Positions 1 through 9,331 of a DNA stretch of 64,000 nucleotides are shown here, one piece after another. The notes beneath the pieces were generated by a model. The model saw nothing but the letters and a program-made list of their open reading frames with translations. It was not told where the DNA came from and ran no database searches. Location of the stretch: NCBI GenBank assembly GCA_964647565.1, contig CAZYIM010000005.1:1-64000 (forward strand). The letters run 5' to 3'. Source of the stretch: an uncultured Methanosarcinales archaeon (GTDB lineage: Archaea > Nanobdellota > Nanobdellia > Woesearchaeales > CAZYIM01). A program made the position numbers and the translations under genes. Each line of letters opens with the position of its first letter. Position 1 is the stretch's first letter.

Positions 1-114
1 AGGATAAGCTATAAGTTCCTGCTCAGAAGATTGGGTTTTAATCTCAATAAGTTCTGCGTCAGTCTCAACAAAGACATCAACTACATTGCTTCCAATAGCA
101 ATAACATCGTACAT
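1..114 (-). CDS. PfkB-family carbohydrate kinase, N-terminal part (runs off window)
   Basis: Hand translation MYDVIAIGSNVVDVFVETDAELIEIK...; G-S-x-x-x-D N-terminal PfkB motif; GAGGTGGG SD upstream of ATG at 114. Confidence 0.7.
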   Translation of the reverse strand, partial: MYDVIAIGSNVVDVFVETDAELIEIKTQSSEQELIAYP

Positions 115-172
115 ATCCCACCTCTCTCTTTTAATATACATTCAAATATGCTTAGTATATAAATATTATTAT

Positions 173-1186
173 TCAGAAACTAATATTATCCAGGATTTGA
201 TGTGCATTCAAGCTTCTTGAATTTTTCTGCAGCTTTTTCCAGTTAACTCCAGATTCCATCATAACCCGGGTCTTAAGCATCTCTGATTCTTTATTTGAAA
301 TCCTCGCTACCTGATCAGCTTTGATCAAGCCATAAGGATAACCTATAAAAACAGGATCCTTACAAGACTCAAGCAAACAGGCTAATAATCCCCGCACATC
401 ACACTCTGGATAAAAATCTAACCTAAAGATATAATCTGCCAAGGGGTGAAGCTTCACAAACGAAATATCATGTAGAGCAGGATCTCGTTTATTAAAGACC
501 TTGTTATAATGCCAATTACTGTCAGGAGAGATATCTAAAAGAAGGGTTATCATACTAGCACCACTCCTGGTTACAAGTCTACAACTCTTACTAAGGGCTC
601 CAAGACCGGTATGGTTATCATCGCCACTCTGTCTCAATGCATTCAGATATTCCTGTTCATGGGTAAAAATGGCATCAAAAGAGCCGTCTATGATTAAATG
701 ATTGCAATGTGCAGTCATCTCTTTGGCATAATCCAGCTCAGCAAATCGCCTAATAACATTGCCAACCTTGGATGCAGAGACCATCCTGTTTGATTCACTC
801 AAGGTTTTGTCATAGGCATGAAATATCATTCCGTTGAAAACAGTCTCGGGTTCTGTATGTACTTCATAATTATCATTGTTCAAGCTTACTAAAACATAGA
901 TCTCTTTCTTATTCAATGAAATGAATTGGTTTTTCTTGAAACTTGTTGCCACAAGTCTCATAAATTGAAACGAAAACTCACTAGATGAAATCAATTCACT
1001 ATTACCGCCGTCAATAAAACAAACCGTTTGATCCTGGTCAGAAGGCTCAATACTCTCAAAGTTTGAGACATCAATCTTAACACCTTCATAGTCATCAGCA
1101 GGGGGTGTTGGGATCTCTTCTGACTCAACCTGATTTGAAGTCTTGTTAACAAGAATATCCAGCAACCTCTTCATGATCTTTGACAA
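173..1186 (-). CDS. nurA: NurA-family DNA double-strand-break repair nuclease
   Basis: FIDGG, IIDGS, GYPYGLIKADQVARI motifs. Confidence 0.85.
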   Translation of the reverse strand: MSKIMKRLLDILVNKTSNQVESEEIPTPPADDYEGVKIDVSNFESIEPSDQDQTVCFIDGGNSELISSSEFSFQFMRLVATSFKKNQFISLNKKEIYVLVSLNNDNYEVHTEPETVFNGMIFHAYDKTLSESNRMVSASKVGNVIRRFAELDYAKEMTAHCNHLIIDGSFDAIFTHEQEYLNALRQSGDDNHTGLGALSKSCRLVTRSGASMITLLLDISPDSNWHYNKVFNKRDPALHDISFVKLHPLADYIFRLDFYPECDVRGLLACLLESCKDPVFIGYPYGLIKADQVARISNKESEMLKTRVMMESGVNWKKLQKNSRSLNAHQILDNISF

Positions 1187-1234
1187 AAGATATGACTATA
1201 AAAAAGTTATGTTTTAATGGATTGCGTTGAAAAT

Positions 1235-1840
1235 TTAAGCAATCTTTCCCAGATCAGGGAAGAACTCTTTTGGCCTTTCACCTGGCGATTTGAGCTTGAG
1301 GTAGGCCTTAAGCATATTACTACATTTGTAGGACCTAATATAAAGATCCCGCCTCAAAGCTTCGCGTTCATGCTTATACATCCTTTTCAGAAAATAATTC
1401 TCAAAATATTTCAATATGGGGTGAGTAGGCCATTTATTTTTATAGTCTAAAATCAACCATGATTCAAATCTAATGATAAGATCTGCTGTATTGGACTTTG
1501 TCTTAAATCCCTTGTCCATAATCTCTTTTGATTTGGGATCCACGTACAGAGTTTGAAAGTTGATCTTAAAATAATACATATAGTAAGAGTTACCTTCGGG
1601 AACCATCATCAACCGCCACCACCAGTGATGCTCATTAACACCCATTCTATGCCTCTCCCAATAGAGGTATTCTGGTTTGTTACCACCCTCTAGATCCTCC
1701 CAGCCTTCTTCAGAAAGCCATGCATAGAATCGCTTATAAAAATTTTTTAGATGGAACATATCTTGATGCTCAAGTTCCCATTTGGCTACCATAATATCTT
1801 TAAGGCCGTTATCATTCAAGGGAACACGAGGAGGTATCAT
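1235..1840 (-). CDS. Hypothetical protein
   Basis: 201-aa ORF with own TATA upstream; no recognisable motif. Confidence 0.7.
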   Translation of the reverse strand: MIPPRVPLNDNGLKDIMVAKWELEHQDMFHLKNFYKRFYAWLSEEGWEDLEGGNKPEYLYWERHRMGVNEHHWWWRLMMVPEGNSYYMYYFKINFQTLYVDPKSKEIMDKGFKTKSNTADLIIRFESWLILDYKNKWPTHPILKYFENYFLKRMYKHEREALRRDLYIRSYKCSNMLKAYLKLKSPGERPKEFFPDLGKIA

Positions 1841-1885
1841 AATAGGTCCTATGAGAAGATGATATTTAAAATTTGTTGTTTTGGA

Positions 1886-2557
1886 TCAGGTTTTGAAGCC
1901 AAGAACTATCAGTATGCCTCTTAAGACTGCCCTCCACCAGGGAATTGGTCGAGTTTTAATTAGAAGGAATCCTTTCTTTATTGCTTTTAATACTGATTCT
2001 ATGTTTTTCTCTGCATCAATCAAGGTGTATGTGTATCCCATCTGGTATAGGTGATGCATGTCCGAAGTACCCACCATAGGCAATTTATATTTCTTGGCGA
2101 TTTTTCTAGCTTTGTTATTGAAGAAGTTAAAACCCTTGATATAGAAATGCGAAAACTCTATTGCATCAAACAGGTCTATGTTCTTCTCTAGTGCATCAAA
2201 AAGGCATTTTTTTTTGGGATAGAAAGGATGGGGCGCCATTATGAGGATGTTCTTTTTCTTATTTCTTATTGCCCTCAGGTCATCAAAGGTCTTAAGTTTT
2301 TCCAGCTCGAGTTCTGTGATGTTGTAGATCAATACCTCTTTCTTCTCGATATAAGCCTCCACCCCGGGCAATAGTAAGATACCATTTTTCTTGGCATATT
2401 CTCTTGCTTTTTTTGGGTAAAAGAAACGATGATGGAAACAAAAACTAATGACATCAAAACCATTTTCGGCAGCATGGTCAATTGCCTGTTTATAGTTGTA
2501 TTTTATCCGGTCTCTACTGTCTTCTCTGGAATGTAAATGCAGGTCTGTCTTTAGCAT
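1886..2557 (-). CDS. PHP-domain metal-dependent phosphoesterase
   Basis: DLHLHS, PGVE, APHPF, GTSDMH. Confidence 0.9.
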   Translation of the reverse strand: MLKTDLHLHSREDSRDRIKYNYKQAIDHAAENGFDVISFCFHHRFFYPKKAREYAKKNGILLLPGVEAYIEKKEVLIYNITELELEKLKTFDDLRAIRNKKKNILIMAPHPFYPKKKCLFDALEKNIDLFDAIEFSHFYIKGFNFFNNKARKIAKKYKLPMVGTSDMHHLYQMGYTYTLIDAEKNIESVLKAIKKGFLLIKTRPIPWWRAVLRGILIVLGFKT

Positions 2558-2581
2558 TGTAAATTTAGGTTTCGGATTGTT

Positions 2582-3328
2582 TTATAAACTTTTTTTCTTT
2601 TTGTCATCCATATTGGCTTTTACACCACAACAATAATTAATATATAAGTCTTGGGGATAATATCGGGGGTTTTGAGAAAAAGGCGAGTTTGATATTATTC
2701 CATGCAGATGAATCTCATTACAATTTCCAATAAATTTGGTTTTCTCAATTACTAAAAGAGATTGTAGAGTGTCCCTAATAATATGGACATATAATTTTTT
2801 ACCTAGTTGTCCTTTAAACACATCCGCGTACTCCAATTTAAAATTATTCTGCTCCAATTTATTTATAGAGCGGGGACACATTCCCTCGTAAGTCTGGTAC
2901 TCTAATAACTTACGTCTTAAATACATTTCATTTTTTTCCTTCTTGTTTCTCGGCATTATTTCCATTCCAGATTTGTACATGATCTCAAGATAGTCATCTA
3001 AAACTTGCTCTTTCTTTTTAATCTTCCATTTTTTTTCTCTGTACAACGAAATATTAAGAGGTATTGTAAGTGAACAAATACCAAGACTCTTTTTTGACTT
3101 TGTATCTCCAATAAAAGGATAGTATTCATATGTAATTTCTTCCAAATGCCCTTTTATGATTCTTTTTTTTATCGGTGTTTCAATTAGTCTTGTTTCATAT
3201 CTGACAAATAGAATGTTGAACATATTCAATTCATACATATCCAGTAGATCCCTATATGAAAACCGTTTCTCTAGAATGTCCAACTTGCCCCAACAAGGAG
3301 ATAGCTTACTACCTGAACTATCATTCAT
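2582..3328 (-). CDS. Hypothetical protein
   Basis: 248-aa AT-rich ORF with GAGGTGG SD. Confidence 0.6.
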   Translation of the reverse strand: MNDSSGSKLSPCWGKLDILEKRFSYRDLLDMYELNMFNILFVRYETRLIETPIKKRIIKGHLEEITYEYYPFIGDTKSKKSLGICSLTIPLNISLYREKKWKIKKKEQVLDDYLEIMYKSGMEIMPRNKKEKNEMYLRRKLLEYQTYEGMCPRSINKLEQNNFKLEYADVFKGQLGKKLYVHIIRDTLQSLLVIEKTKFIGNCNEIHLHGIISNSPFSQNPRYYPQDLYINYCCGVKANMDDKKKKSL

Positions 3329-3383
3329 AAATAACCACCTCTGACAAAGTAAACAGATAAATTATAAAAACCTTACGAAATGC

Positions 3384-4466
3384 TTATGGCAGCCAGCTTT
3401 TCTGATTCTTAAGTTTAGCCGGTAAATATTTGGTGATTACAAAGTTAAGACCCCATTTTGCAAGTGCTTGCTGTTCTGCACGGACTTTCATCTGCAGCTG
3501 TTGCTTAATGGCTTTGGCCCAGGGTCTATGCTGGTGCACAAATGGATCGTTCTTGATAGCATCCTTTCCTCTCTTGATATCCACTTCTTTTAGAGGATGT
3601 GTCGGCAACTTGTAGTCAACGATATCTTGCGGTGTAATACCTATGAATTGGGCTTTGGGCACACAGAAATACTTGTTGATATGAGCGGCATTTCCAGAAC
3701 CTACCTTAAGAGTTCTGTAGATATTCATATATCCATAGAAATCCCCGTCTGTAAAGACAAAAACAGGAAGATTAAGATCATCACTTAATCTTCTGATAAA
3801 CCTTCGACAGGCCCGCGTTGGTACACCTCCCATGCTGATAAGTATGCATTTAGCTTTTTTCCAATAATTGTGCTTGACTAATCTTTGAAACATACCTGCC
3901 GTCTCTATGGCCAAAATAAACTCTGCATTAGCCTCAAACTTGAGTTCTTCTACACTTGATGGGATAGAATATGCTCCGCTACCGAACTTGGTACAGTCTA
4001 TTCTAAGTTCTTTGCCAGTATCAGGATTTTTATCAATTACAATAAGTCTGCCAGCCACATCACCGCCTTTTTCTTCAGGTGTGAATCCCAGCCGTTCCCT
4101 GTTCACACCAAACATAGCCTCAACATCATCCATAACAGTATCTGATTCTGGCTGTTCATTAAAACGGGCATCACCCCAATTTTTGGAGACATAATAAGCC
4201 TCTCTTTTGGTGGCCATATCCTTACTCTCAATAATTTCTTTTGAAAGGGACATCATCTTCAGAGTCTGGGCAAAGGTCTTAACAGTGTTAGCTGTCAAGG
4301 TCCTAGACTTGTATTGGCCTTTTAATTCAAAATATCCATCAGCTTCGTTATAGCTTACATTACTAAGAGATCTTATTGGGGATGTGAGTTCTGGTTTTTT
4401 CATGACGTTAATTTTTTTATATATGTCTAGGCATTTCTGCTTGATCTTTTCAATGACTTCATTCAT
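3384..4466 (-). CDS. top6A: DNA topoisomerase VI subunit A
   Basis: TKREAYY catalytic Tyr region, [14 protein letters not shown] Toprim, AEQQAL. Confidence 0.97.
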   Translation of the reverse strand: MNEVIEKIKQKCLDIYKKINVMKKPELTSPIRSLSNVSYNEADGYFELKGQYKSRTLTANTVKTFAQTLKMMSLSKEIIESKDMATKREAYYVSKNWGDARFNEQPESDTVMDDVEAMFGVNRERLGFTPEEKGGDVAGRLIVIDKNPDTGKELRIDCTKFGSGAYSIPSSVEELKFEANAEFILAIETAGMFQRLVKHNYWKKAKCILISMGGVPTRACRRFIRRLSDDLNLPVFVFTDGDFYGYMNIYRTLKVGSGNAAHINKYFCVPKAQFIGITPQDIVDYKLPTHPLKEVDIKRGKDAIKNDPFVHQHRPWAKAIKQQLQMKVRAEQQALAKWGLNFVITKYLPAKLKNQKSWLP

Positions 4467-6219
4467 CCTTACTCACCTCCTCATCATTTTTATCATCTGC
4501 ATCCTTTGAATCCTCTTTTTTACCTATAGCAGCAAATTTTGCATCAAACTCAACATTCTTGGTCTCATCAAATTCCACATCTTCAACCACACCTCGCTGC
4601 ATCTCAAGCATCTCCTCCAACTTCTTGATCAGAATTTCTTTATCAGACTCTTCTTTTCCTAAAATACCAACCAATGCCTCTGCCAGATGGGGGATATATT
4701 TCTCAATGTAGCTTCTCTTCTTCAGTTCATCATGTACTCTTCTTTTCTTAGAAACATATCTTGACAGGTTTCTTCCAACCTCTTGTAATGCAAGCTTGAT
4801 TTCTTTAATGATATCTGGATAATGCGCAATAGCCTCTTTTGCTTCGCTGGTGAATGGAACCCACACTGAGGCTATATGAACCAGTATTACAATAGGTCCC
4901 TGGGGCAGGCTTCCAGATGACTGAGAAAGGCCATATCCCCTCCAAGAGGTCTTGGTTATTGAATCTGTCATTGCACAGGCTCCCTGCTGATAAAGCAAGG
5001 GCACCCTATTAGCAAACCTCATAATTCTTGCAGAGCCCTCTTTTTCAAGAGCTCCTCCATATGCTAAGGCTGTTTCAATCACAAAGGGATTACCCCTATA
5101 TACACTCGGACTCCTACTGCAACTGGTATAAAACTCTGCATTAATTTCTTTTTTCAATCCTTTTTCAAGAAGATTATGCCCTATTGGACTTATGCAGTCA
5201 GATGGCGGCGACATTATTCTCGTATTTTTTATTCCCTTCATCAACTGCTCCGCCATTTCCCTACTGACCTTGGATGGCTTTGTCTTTGGAAGGATCGCTG
5301 CATTCTCAAGAATTTCATTGGCTGATTTAGATCCAACTCTGCTAAACTCCTCCATCAGGAATCTTTTTATGGTTTTAGACTGGGTCCAGCGAAGCATTTT
5401 CATCATTATTCCAAGCTCCACCCCGTACGGATGCGGCTTTATCTCAACAGGATGCTTAGGTTTCTGTTCTGTTGCCCTGGGAAATATAATCTGCTCTGCT
5501 TTAGGATTAACATATATGATAGTTGCATGCGGATTAACAATTGCAGTCTGCTTAAGATATTCATCAACAGACTGGGTTCCTTTGAGATAACTTGCCTCAA
5601 TATCCATCTCGACACGAGTTCCATGATCCTTAGACCACTCCTTGATATCCTCTTTAACTATATTCGGTTTGTTCTTGGTGGTATCTATACGAAGTTCATA
5701 ATAATGAGCAGGCTCATTGGCATGTATCTTACTCAGTATTTTGGCAGGTCTACCAGTTGTAAGCTGACCGTACATGACAGACGCAGATATGCCTATGCCC
5801 TGCTGGCCTCTTGATTGAGACAGCTTATGGAATTTACTACCGTAAAGCAGCTTAGCAAAAATCTTAGGTATCTGTGCTTTTACAATACCCGGGCCATTAT
5901 CCTCTATAATTACCCTGAATCTATCTTCGCCCATATCAATTAACTCTATTGCTAGTTCAGGCAGTATTTCTGCATCCTCACACGCATCCAAAGCATTGTC
6001 AACAGCTTCTTTTACAGTTGTCAAAAGAGCCTTTCTCTTATTATCAAAGCCTAAAAGATGCCTATTCTTCTCAAAGAATTCAGCAATGGAAATATCCCTC
6101 TGCTTCTTGGCCAATTCGTGGGCCTTGGGCATTTTTTTTTCATGTGTTGGATCTGTTTGTGGTTTAACCTCTGCCTCTTTTTTTGAAAAATCATTCAAGT
6201 CCATAGTTGTTTCTGCCAT
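4459..6219 (-). CDS. top6B: DNA topoisomerase VI subunit B
   Basis: [31 protein letters not shown] motifs; [10 protein letters not shown]. Confidence 0.97.
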   Translation of the reverse strand: MAETTMDLNDFSKKEAEVKPQTDPTHEKKMPKAHELAKKQRDISIAEFFEKNRHLLGFDNKRKALLTTVKEAVDNALDACEDAEILPELAIELIDMGEDRFRVIIEDNGPGIVKAQIPKIFAKLLYGSKFHKLSQSRGQQGIGISASVMYGQLTTGRPAKILSKIHANEPAHYYELRIDTTKNKPNIVKEDIKEWSKDHGTRVEMDIEASYLKGTQSVDEYLKQTAIVNPHATIIYVNPKAEQIIFPRATEQKPKHPVEIKPHPYGVELGIMMKMLRWTQSKTIKRFLMEEFSRVGSKSANEILENAAILPKTKPSKVSREMAEQLMKGIKNTRIMSPPSDCISPIGHNLLEKGLKKEINAEFYTSCSRSPSVYRGNPFVIETALAYGGALEKEGSARIMRFANRVPLLYQQGACAMTDSITKTSWRGYGLSQSSGSLPQGPIVILVHIASVWVPFTSEAKEAIAHYPDIIKEIKLALQEVGRNLSRYVSKKRRVHDELKKRSYIEKYIPHLAEALVGILGKEESDKEILIKKLEEMLEMQRGVVEDVEFDETKNVEFDAKFAAIGKKEDSKDADDKNDEEVSKDE

Positions 6220-6352
6220 AATAAGTGAGGCTAGGATTGAGTTAATAAACTTTTCTAGTCTAGAGACAATAAATTTTCAAATGGATCCTACCACTCTTTT
6301 CCAAACATTTAAATACTATTCTCTACACTTAAAATCTAAAAGAGGGGTGAAG

Positions 6353-6892
6353 TTGGTCAAGTCTGAAATTGTCAATTATATTAAAAAGCACTTGAATGAA
6401 GGCTATGATATTAAGATTATACGTGACTGGCTGATCCATCACGGATATTCTCAAAAGGATGTGGACGATGCTGTCGACAGTATCTACGCCATACAAACCA
6501 AATCTCCTGCTTCAAAGAAGGAAGACAATCCTGTTGAACATAGACACTTGAGCAAGAAATCATTGATATCGATTGTTGTGACAGTGCTCATTCTTTTTTT
6601 AGTAGTAATAGCTATAACACTAATAGTCAGGTTAGGAAATATAAATCAACCGGTAGGTGAAGATGTTGAAGAACCGATTACTCCACCACCTGAAGAACCT
6701 TTAGTGACAGAATTCAAGTTCACACCTTCTGGCGTCACCGAGTGCATCAATGTCTCGGATTCAGAAAGGATTAATTGTTATTATAAATTCTTCGAGATGT
6801 CGGGCTTGGATGCTTGTGAAGAAATTGAAGACCGTGAAGAAAAAAACTTCTGTTATTCTACAAAAGAATTCTATCTTTTAAAAGAAATTTGA
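6353..6892 (+). CDS. Single-pass membrane protein: small N-terminal helical domain, Pro-rich linker, Cys-containing C-terminal domain
   Basis: Start moved to TTG after GAGGGGTG SD, since the ORF-track start overlaps top6B; one TM helix; C-x8/9-CY repeats. Confidence 0.65.
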   Translation: MVKSEIVNYIKKHLNEGYDIKIIRDWLIHHGYSQKDVDDAVDSIYAIQTKSPASKKEDNPVEHRHLSKKSLISIVVTVLILFLVVIAITLIVRLGNINQPVGEDVEEPITPPPEEPLVTEFKFTPSGVTECINVSDSERINCYYKFFEMSGLDACEEIEDREEKNFCYSTKEFYLLKEI

Positions 6893-7419
6893 TCGTCTGG
6901 TTTTATATCCCTTATTTTTCCTTCTAAAGATTTATATACATTAGAATGAGGGGCGCCTCTAAGCAAAGCCTCTATTGCTTTTCGGACCATCATAATCTTT
7001 TCAGGCCTGCCAATTACACCGACAGTATTGCCATATACAGAAATCCTGCAATCTGAGAGTATCTCCAGAGTTGATCTTGATTTACCTTTTTTACCAATAA
7101 TACGGCCTCTTAATCGTTCAATAGCATTCTTGCCCTTTGCAAATTCTTTTATAGGCACAAGCTCAAATGTATAGTCCTGTTTAAGCAGAGTAAATGCGAC
7201 GTCAGGATTAAAGCCTCTGCCAATGGCCTTGATAACTGATTGGAGGGTGAATAACTTAAGAGGATCTGATCCTGTTATCTCTATCTCACCCTCTTTAGAA
7301 TCTACATTTATCTTTGAACCTGTAAGTTCCTCAAGCTCTCTTTTAACTTCACCGCCTGTACCAATAAATACAGCTATTCTATCACGGGGTATTTTCATGA
7401 GATGTGAATATTCTTCCAT
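6871..7419 (-). CDS. KH-domain rRNA-processing protein (Dim2/Pno1-like)
   Basis: IGTGG, AIGRGF, GRIIGKKGK, GAPHSNVY. Confidence 0.93.
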   Translation of the reverse strand: MEEYSHLMKIPRDRIAVFIGTGGEVKRELEELTGSKINVDSKEGEIEITGSDPLKLFTLQSVIKAIGRGFNPDVAFTLLKQDYTFELVPIKEFAKGKNAIERLRGRIIGKKGKSRSTLEILSDCRISVYGNTVGVIGRPEKIMMVRKAIEALLRGAPHSNVYKSLEGKIRDIKPDDQISFKR

Positions 7420-7562
7420 AAAATTTGTTGAATTAGAACGGGTTTATAAGTTTTTCCAGATGAATATACAAGAAATAAAAGTTGAGAAATTAACACAGTT
7501 AATTCCAGTCGTCTTTAGAATTATAAAACCAATTGAAACAAAGAAAAAAAAAGAAAAAACAA

Positions 7563-8843
7563 TTAAAGATCGTCAGAAACAACAATAGTGACTCTTGAAG
7601 ATGTCTTCACCTTGGAATCCATTCCCACAAGGAAGCACAACTGTGCTCTCTCTGCAATAGCCAAAAGATCCTTATCTATGATTCCATCAAAGATTACTGC
7701 ATATACTCCTGTTTTCAGGCTTCTAATAGTACTCTGAAGCTCTGATACAGGCACTTTACCGAGAATATTGAGCTTGTTGTCAAGCACATAGGCTCCTCTT
7801 GTGCCAACCAGATTCTCGAGCATCTCACCAAAGACTTTCTTCTCATTGTCTGTAACCTTTTTCTTTGCAACCGGCGCTTTTGGACTTGGCGGCGGTGCAG
7901 AATTCCTGCTACCTCCGGAAGAAGAAGGGGGTTTTCTCGAGTCTCTGCCTTTGTCTCTATCTTTATTATTTCTAAAATTCTTACCGCCTGACTTAGCGTC
8001 TGAGGCTGTTATGCTTGGATCCAGTTTGACCTGCTCTGCAGCTATTCTGCTCCTCAATGCTTTGTGAATCTCTTTCTTTGTTAACTCCTCGACTTCTTTG
8101 CCATCTGGAGCTTTGGTCACAAAATCTATCTCTGTTGCAGAGAGTAGTTCTTGAATTATGAGGTCTCCACCTCTGTCTCCGTCTACAAATGCAGTAATTG
8201 TTTTCTTTCTACCAAGGTTTATTATAGTATCTGGCACGCTGGTACCATTCACAGAGATTACATTCTTAAATCCATGTTTTAAGAGATTCAGTACATCTGC
8301 TCTTCCTTCCACTACTACGAGTTCGTCGCTTTCATCTACTGCAGGTCCCGCGGGCAGTCTCTCTTTACCATATTCCTGAATCTCCATGACTCTGACTGAA
8401 TAAGCAACTTCGTCCGCCAACTCTTGTGAGTCTGGCATGACCGAATCCATAAGATTCTTGAGCAGCGTCTTGGCTCTATCAATAACAAACTGTCTCTTGG
8501 ATATCCTTACGTCTTCTATACTTCCTACTTTGATCTTTGCGTTGCAGGGGCCTATCCTCTGGATAACCTCCAATGATGCACCCACAATGGCAGTCTCTGC
8601 CTTGTCAAGTGAACTTGGAATTACTATGGATCCTTCTGTTTTGCCCCCTTTTGTTGATACATCAACTTCAATCCGCCCAATCCTTCCTGATCTTTGAAGT
8701 TCCCTAAGTTCAAGATCTGCTCCTAAAAGACCCTCTGTCTGCCCGAAAATTGCACCTATAACATCGGGTTTATCTACAACTCCTTCGATCTGGATAGTGG
8801 CATGAATGATGTATTTTGCTGATACTTGTGCTATCTTTGCCAT
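7563..8843 (-). CDS. dnaG: Archaeal DnaG (Toprim; exosome-associated in characterised archaea)
   Basis: DVIGAIFGQTEGLLG, VVEGRADV, DGDRGG. Confidence 0.96.
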   Translation of the reverse strand: MAKIAQVSAKYIIHATIQIEGVVDKPDVIGAIFGQTEGLLGADLELRELQRSGRIGRIEVDVSTKGGKTEGSIVIPSSLDKAETAIVGASLEVIQRIGPCNAKIKVGSIEDVRISKRQFVIDRAKTLLKNLMDSVMPDSQELADEVAYSVRVMEIQEYGKERLPAGPAVDESDELVVVEGRADVLNLLKHGFKNVISVNGTSVPDTIINLGRKKTITAFVDGDRGGDLIIQELLSATEIDFVTKAPDGKEVEELTKKEIHKALRSRIAAEQVKLDPSITASDAKSGGKNFRNNKDRDKGRDSRKPPSSSGGSRNSAPPPSPKAPVAKKKVTDNEKKVFGEMLENLVGTRGAYVLDNKLNILGKVPVSELQSTIRSLKTGVYAVIFDGIIDKDLLAIAERAQLCFLVGMDSKVKTSSRVTIVVSDDL

Positions 8844-8914
8844 GCTAATCGCCTCCTAGCGTCTATTTAACCTAATTTTTAGCCATCAATCTTAGAAGAA
8901 GTATTATTATAGAC

Positions 8915-8974
8915 CTAACCAATCAACCTAATTAAATACATATTCAAATTATTCAAAGTGAATGCGGTGATCAT
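8915..8974 (-). CDS. Putative 19-aa uORF in the dnaG leader (MITAFTLNNLNMYLIRLIG)
   Basis: GGAGGT SD at 8981-8986, ATG at 8974, TAG at 8915-8917. Confidence 0.4.
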   Translation of the reverse strand: MITAFTLNNLNMYLIRLIG

Positions 8975-9085
8975 AATAATACCTCCCTTTACAGAACAAG
9001 CCATTTCAAACAATAATGTAAATCCAATATTTGATGTGAGTGAATGTGATAAACTTGTTCAGTGATAAGTAATGACTATGATTTT

Positions 9086-9225
9086 GTCGCCCGAAACACT
9101 AACTCCCAAGCTCATTGCTTGACTTTGTCGTAAGCTCCCGTGAGTACTCTCGTGTCGGGCTGGATTACGCAAGAGTGTCTTGTTCTCCTTGCTAAACCTT
9201 AGTTCTACTCGAACAAGGACCCATT
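9086..9225 (-). ncRNA. Putative structured RNA in the long dnaG 5' leader
   Basis: GC-richer block with complementary segments (GCCCGACAC/GUGUUUCGGGC; CUUGUUC/GAACAAG; GCUU-ACGAC-AAA-GUC-AAGC) just downstream of a BRE/TATA. Confidence 0.45.
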
Positions 9226-9254
9226 TGCATAATATGACAAGGAATTAATATGTC

Positions 9255-9270
9255 TTTAAAAAAGTTTCGC
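9255..9270 (-). promoter_or_regulatory. BRE-TATA promoter for the dnaG leader transcript
   Basis: GCGAAACTTTTTTAAA on the minus strand. Confidence 0.55.
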
Positions 9271-9331
9271 TTTCTTATCGACGGGAAACAACCCATTTAT
9301 AAGTGAAATAAGAATAAAAAAAAGAAAAAAA

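Noticed and set aside
5996..6352. N-terminal extension of the 298-aa ORF
   Set aside because: Antisense to top6B and spans the promoter region; SD supports a start near 6353
9130..9166. CCAG-CCCG...CGGG-AGC in the dnaG leader resembles SRP RNA helix 8
   Set aside because: No GNRA tetraloop or CAGG, and no long terminal helix; insufficient to call SRP RNA
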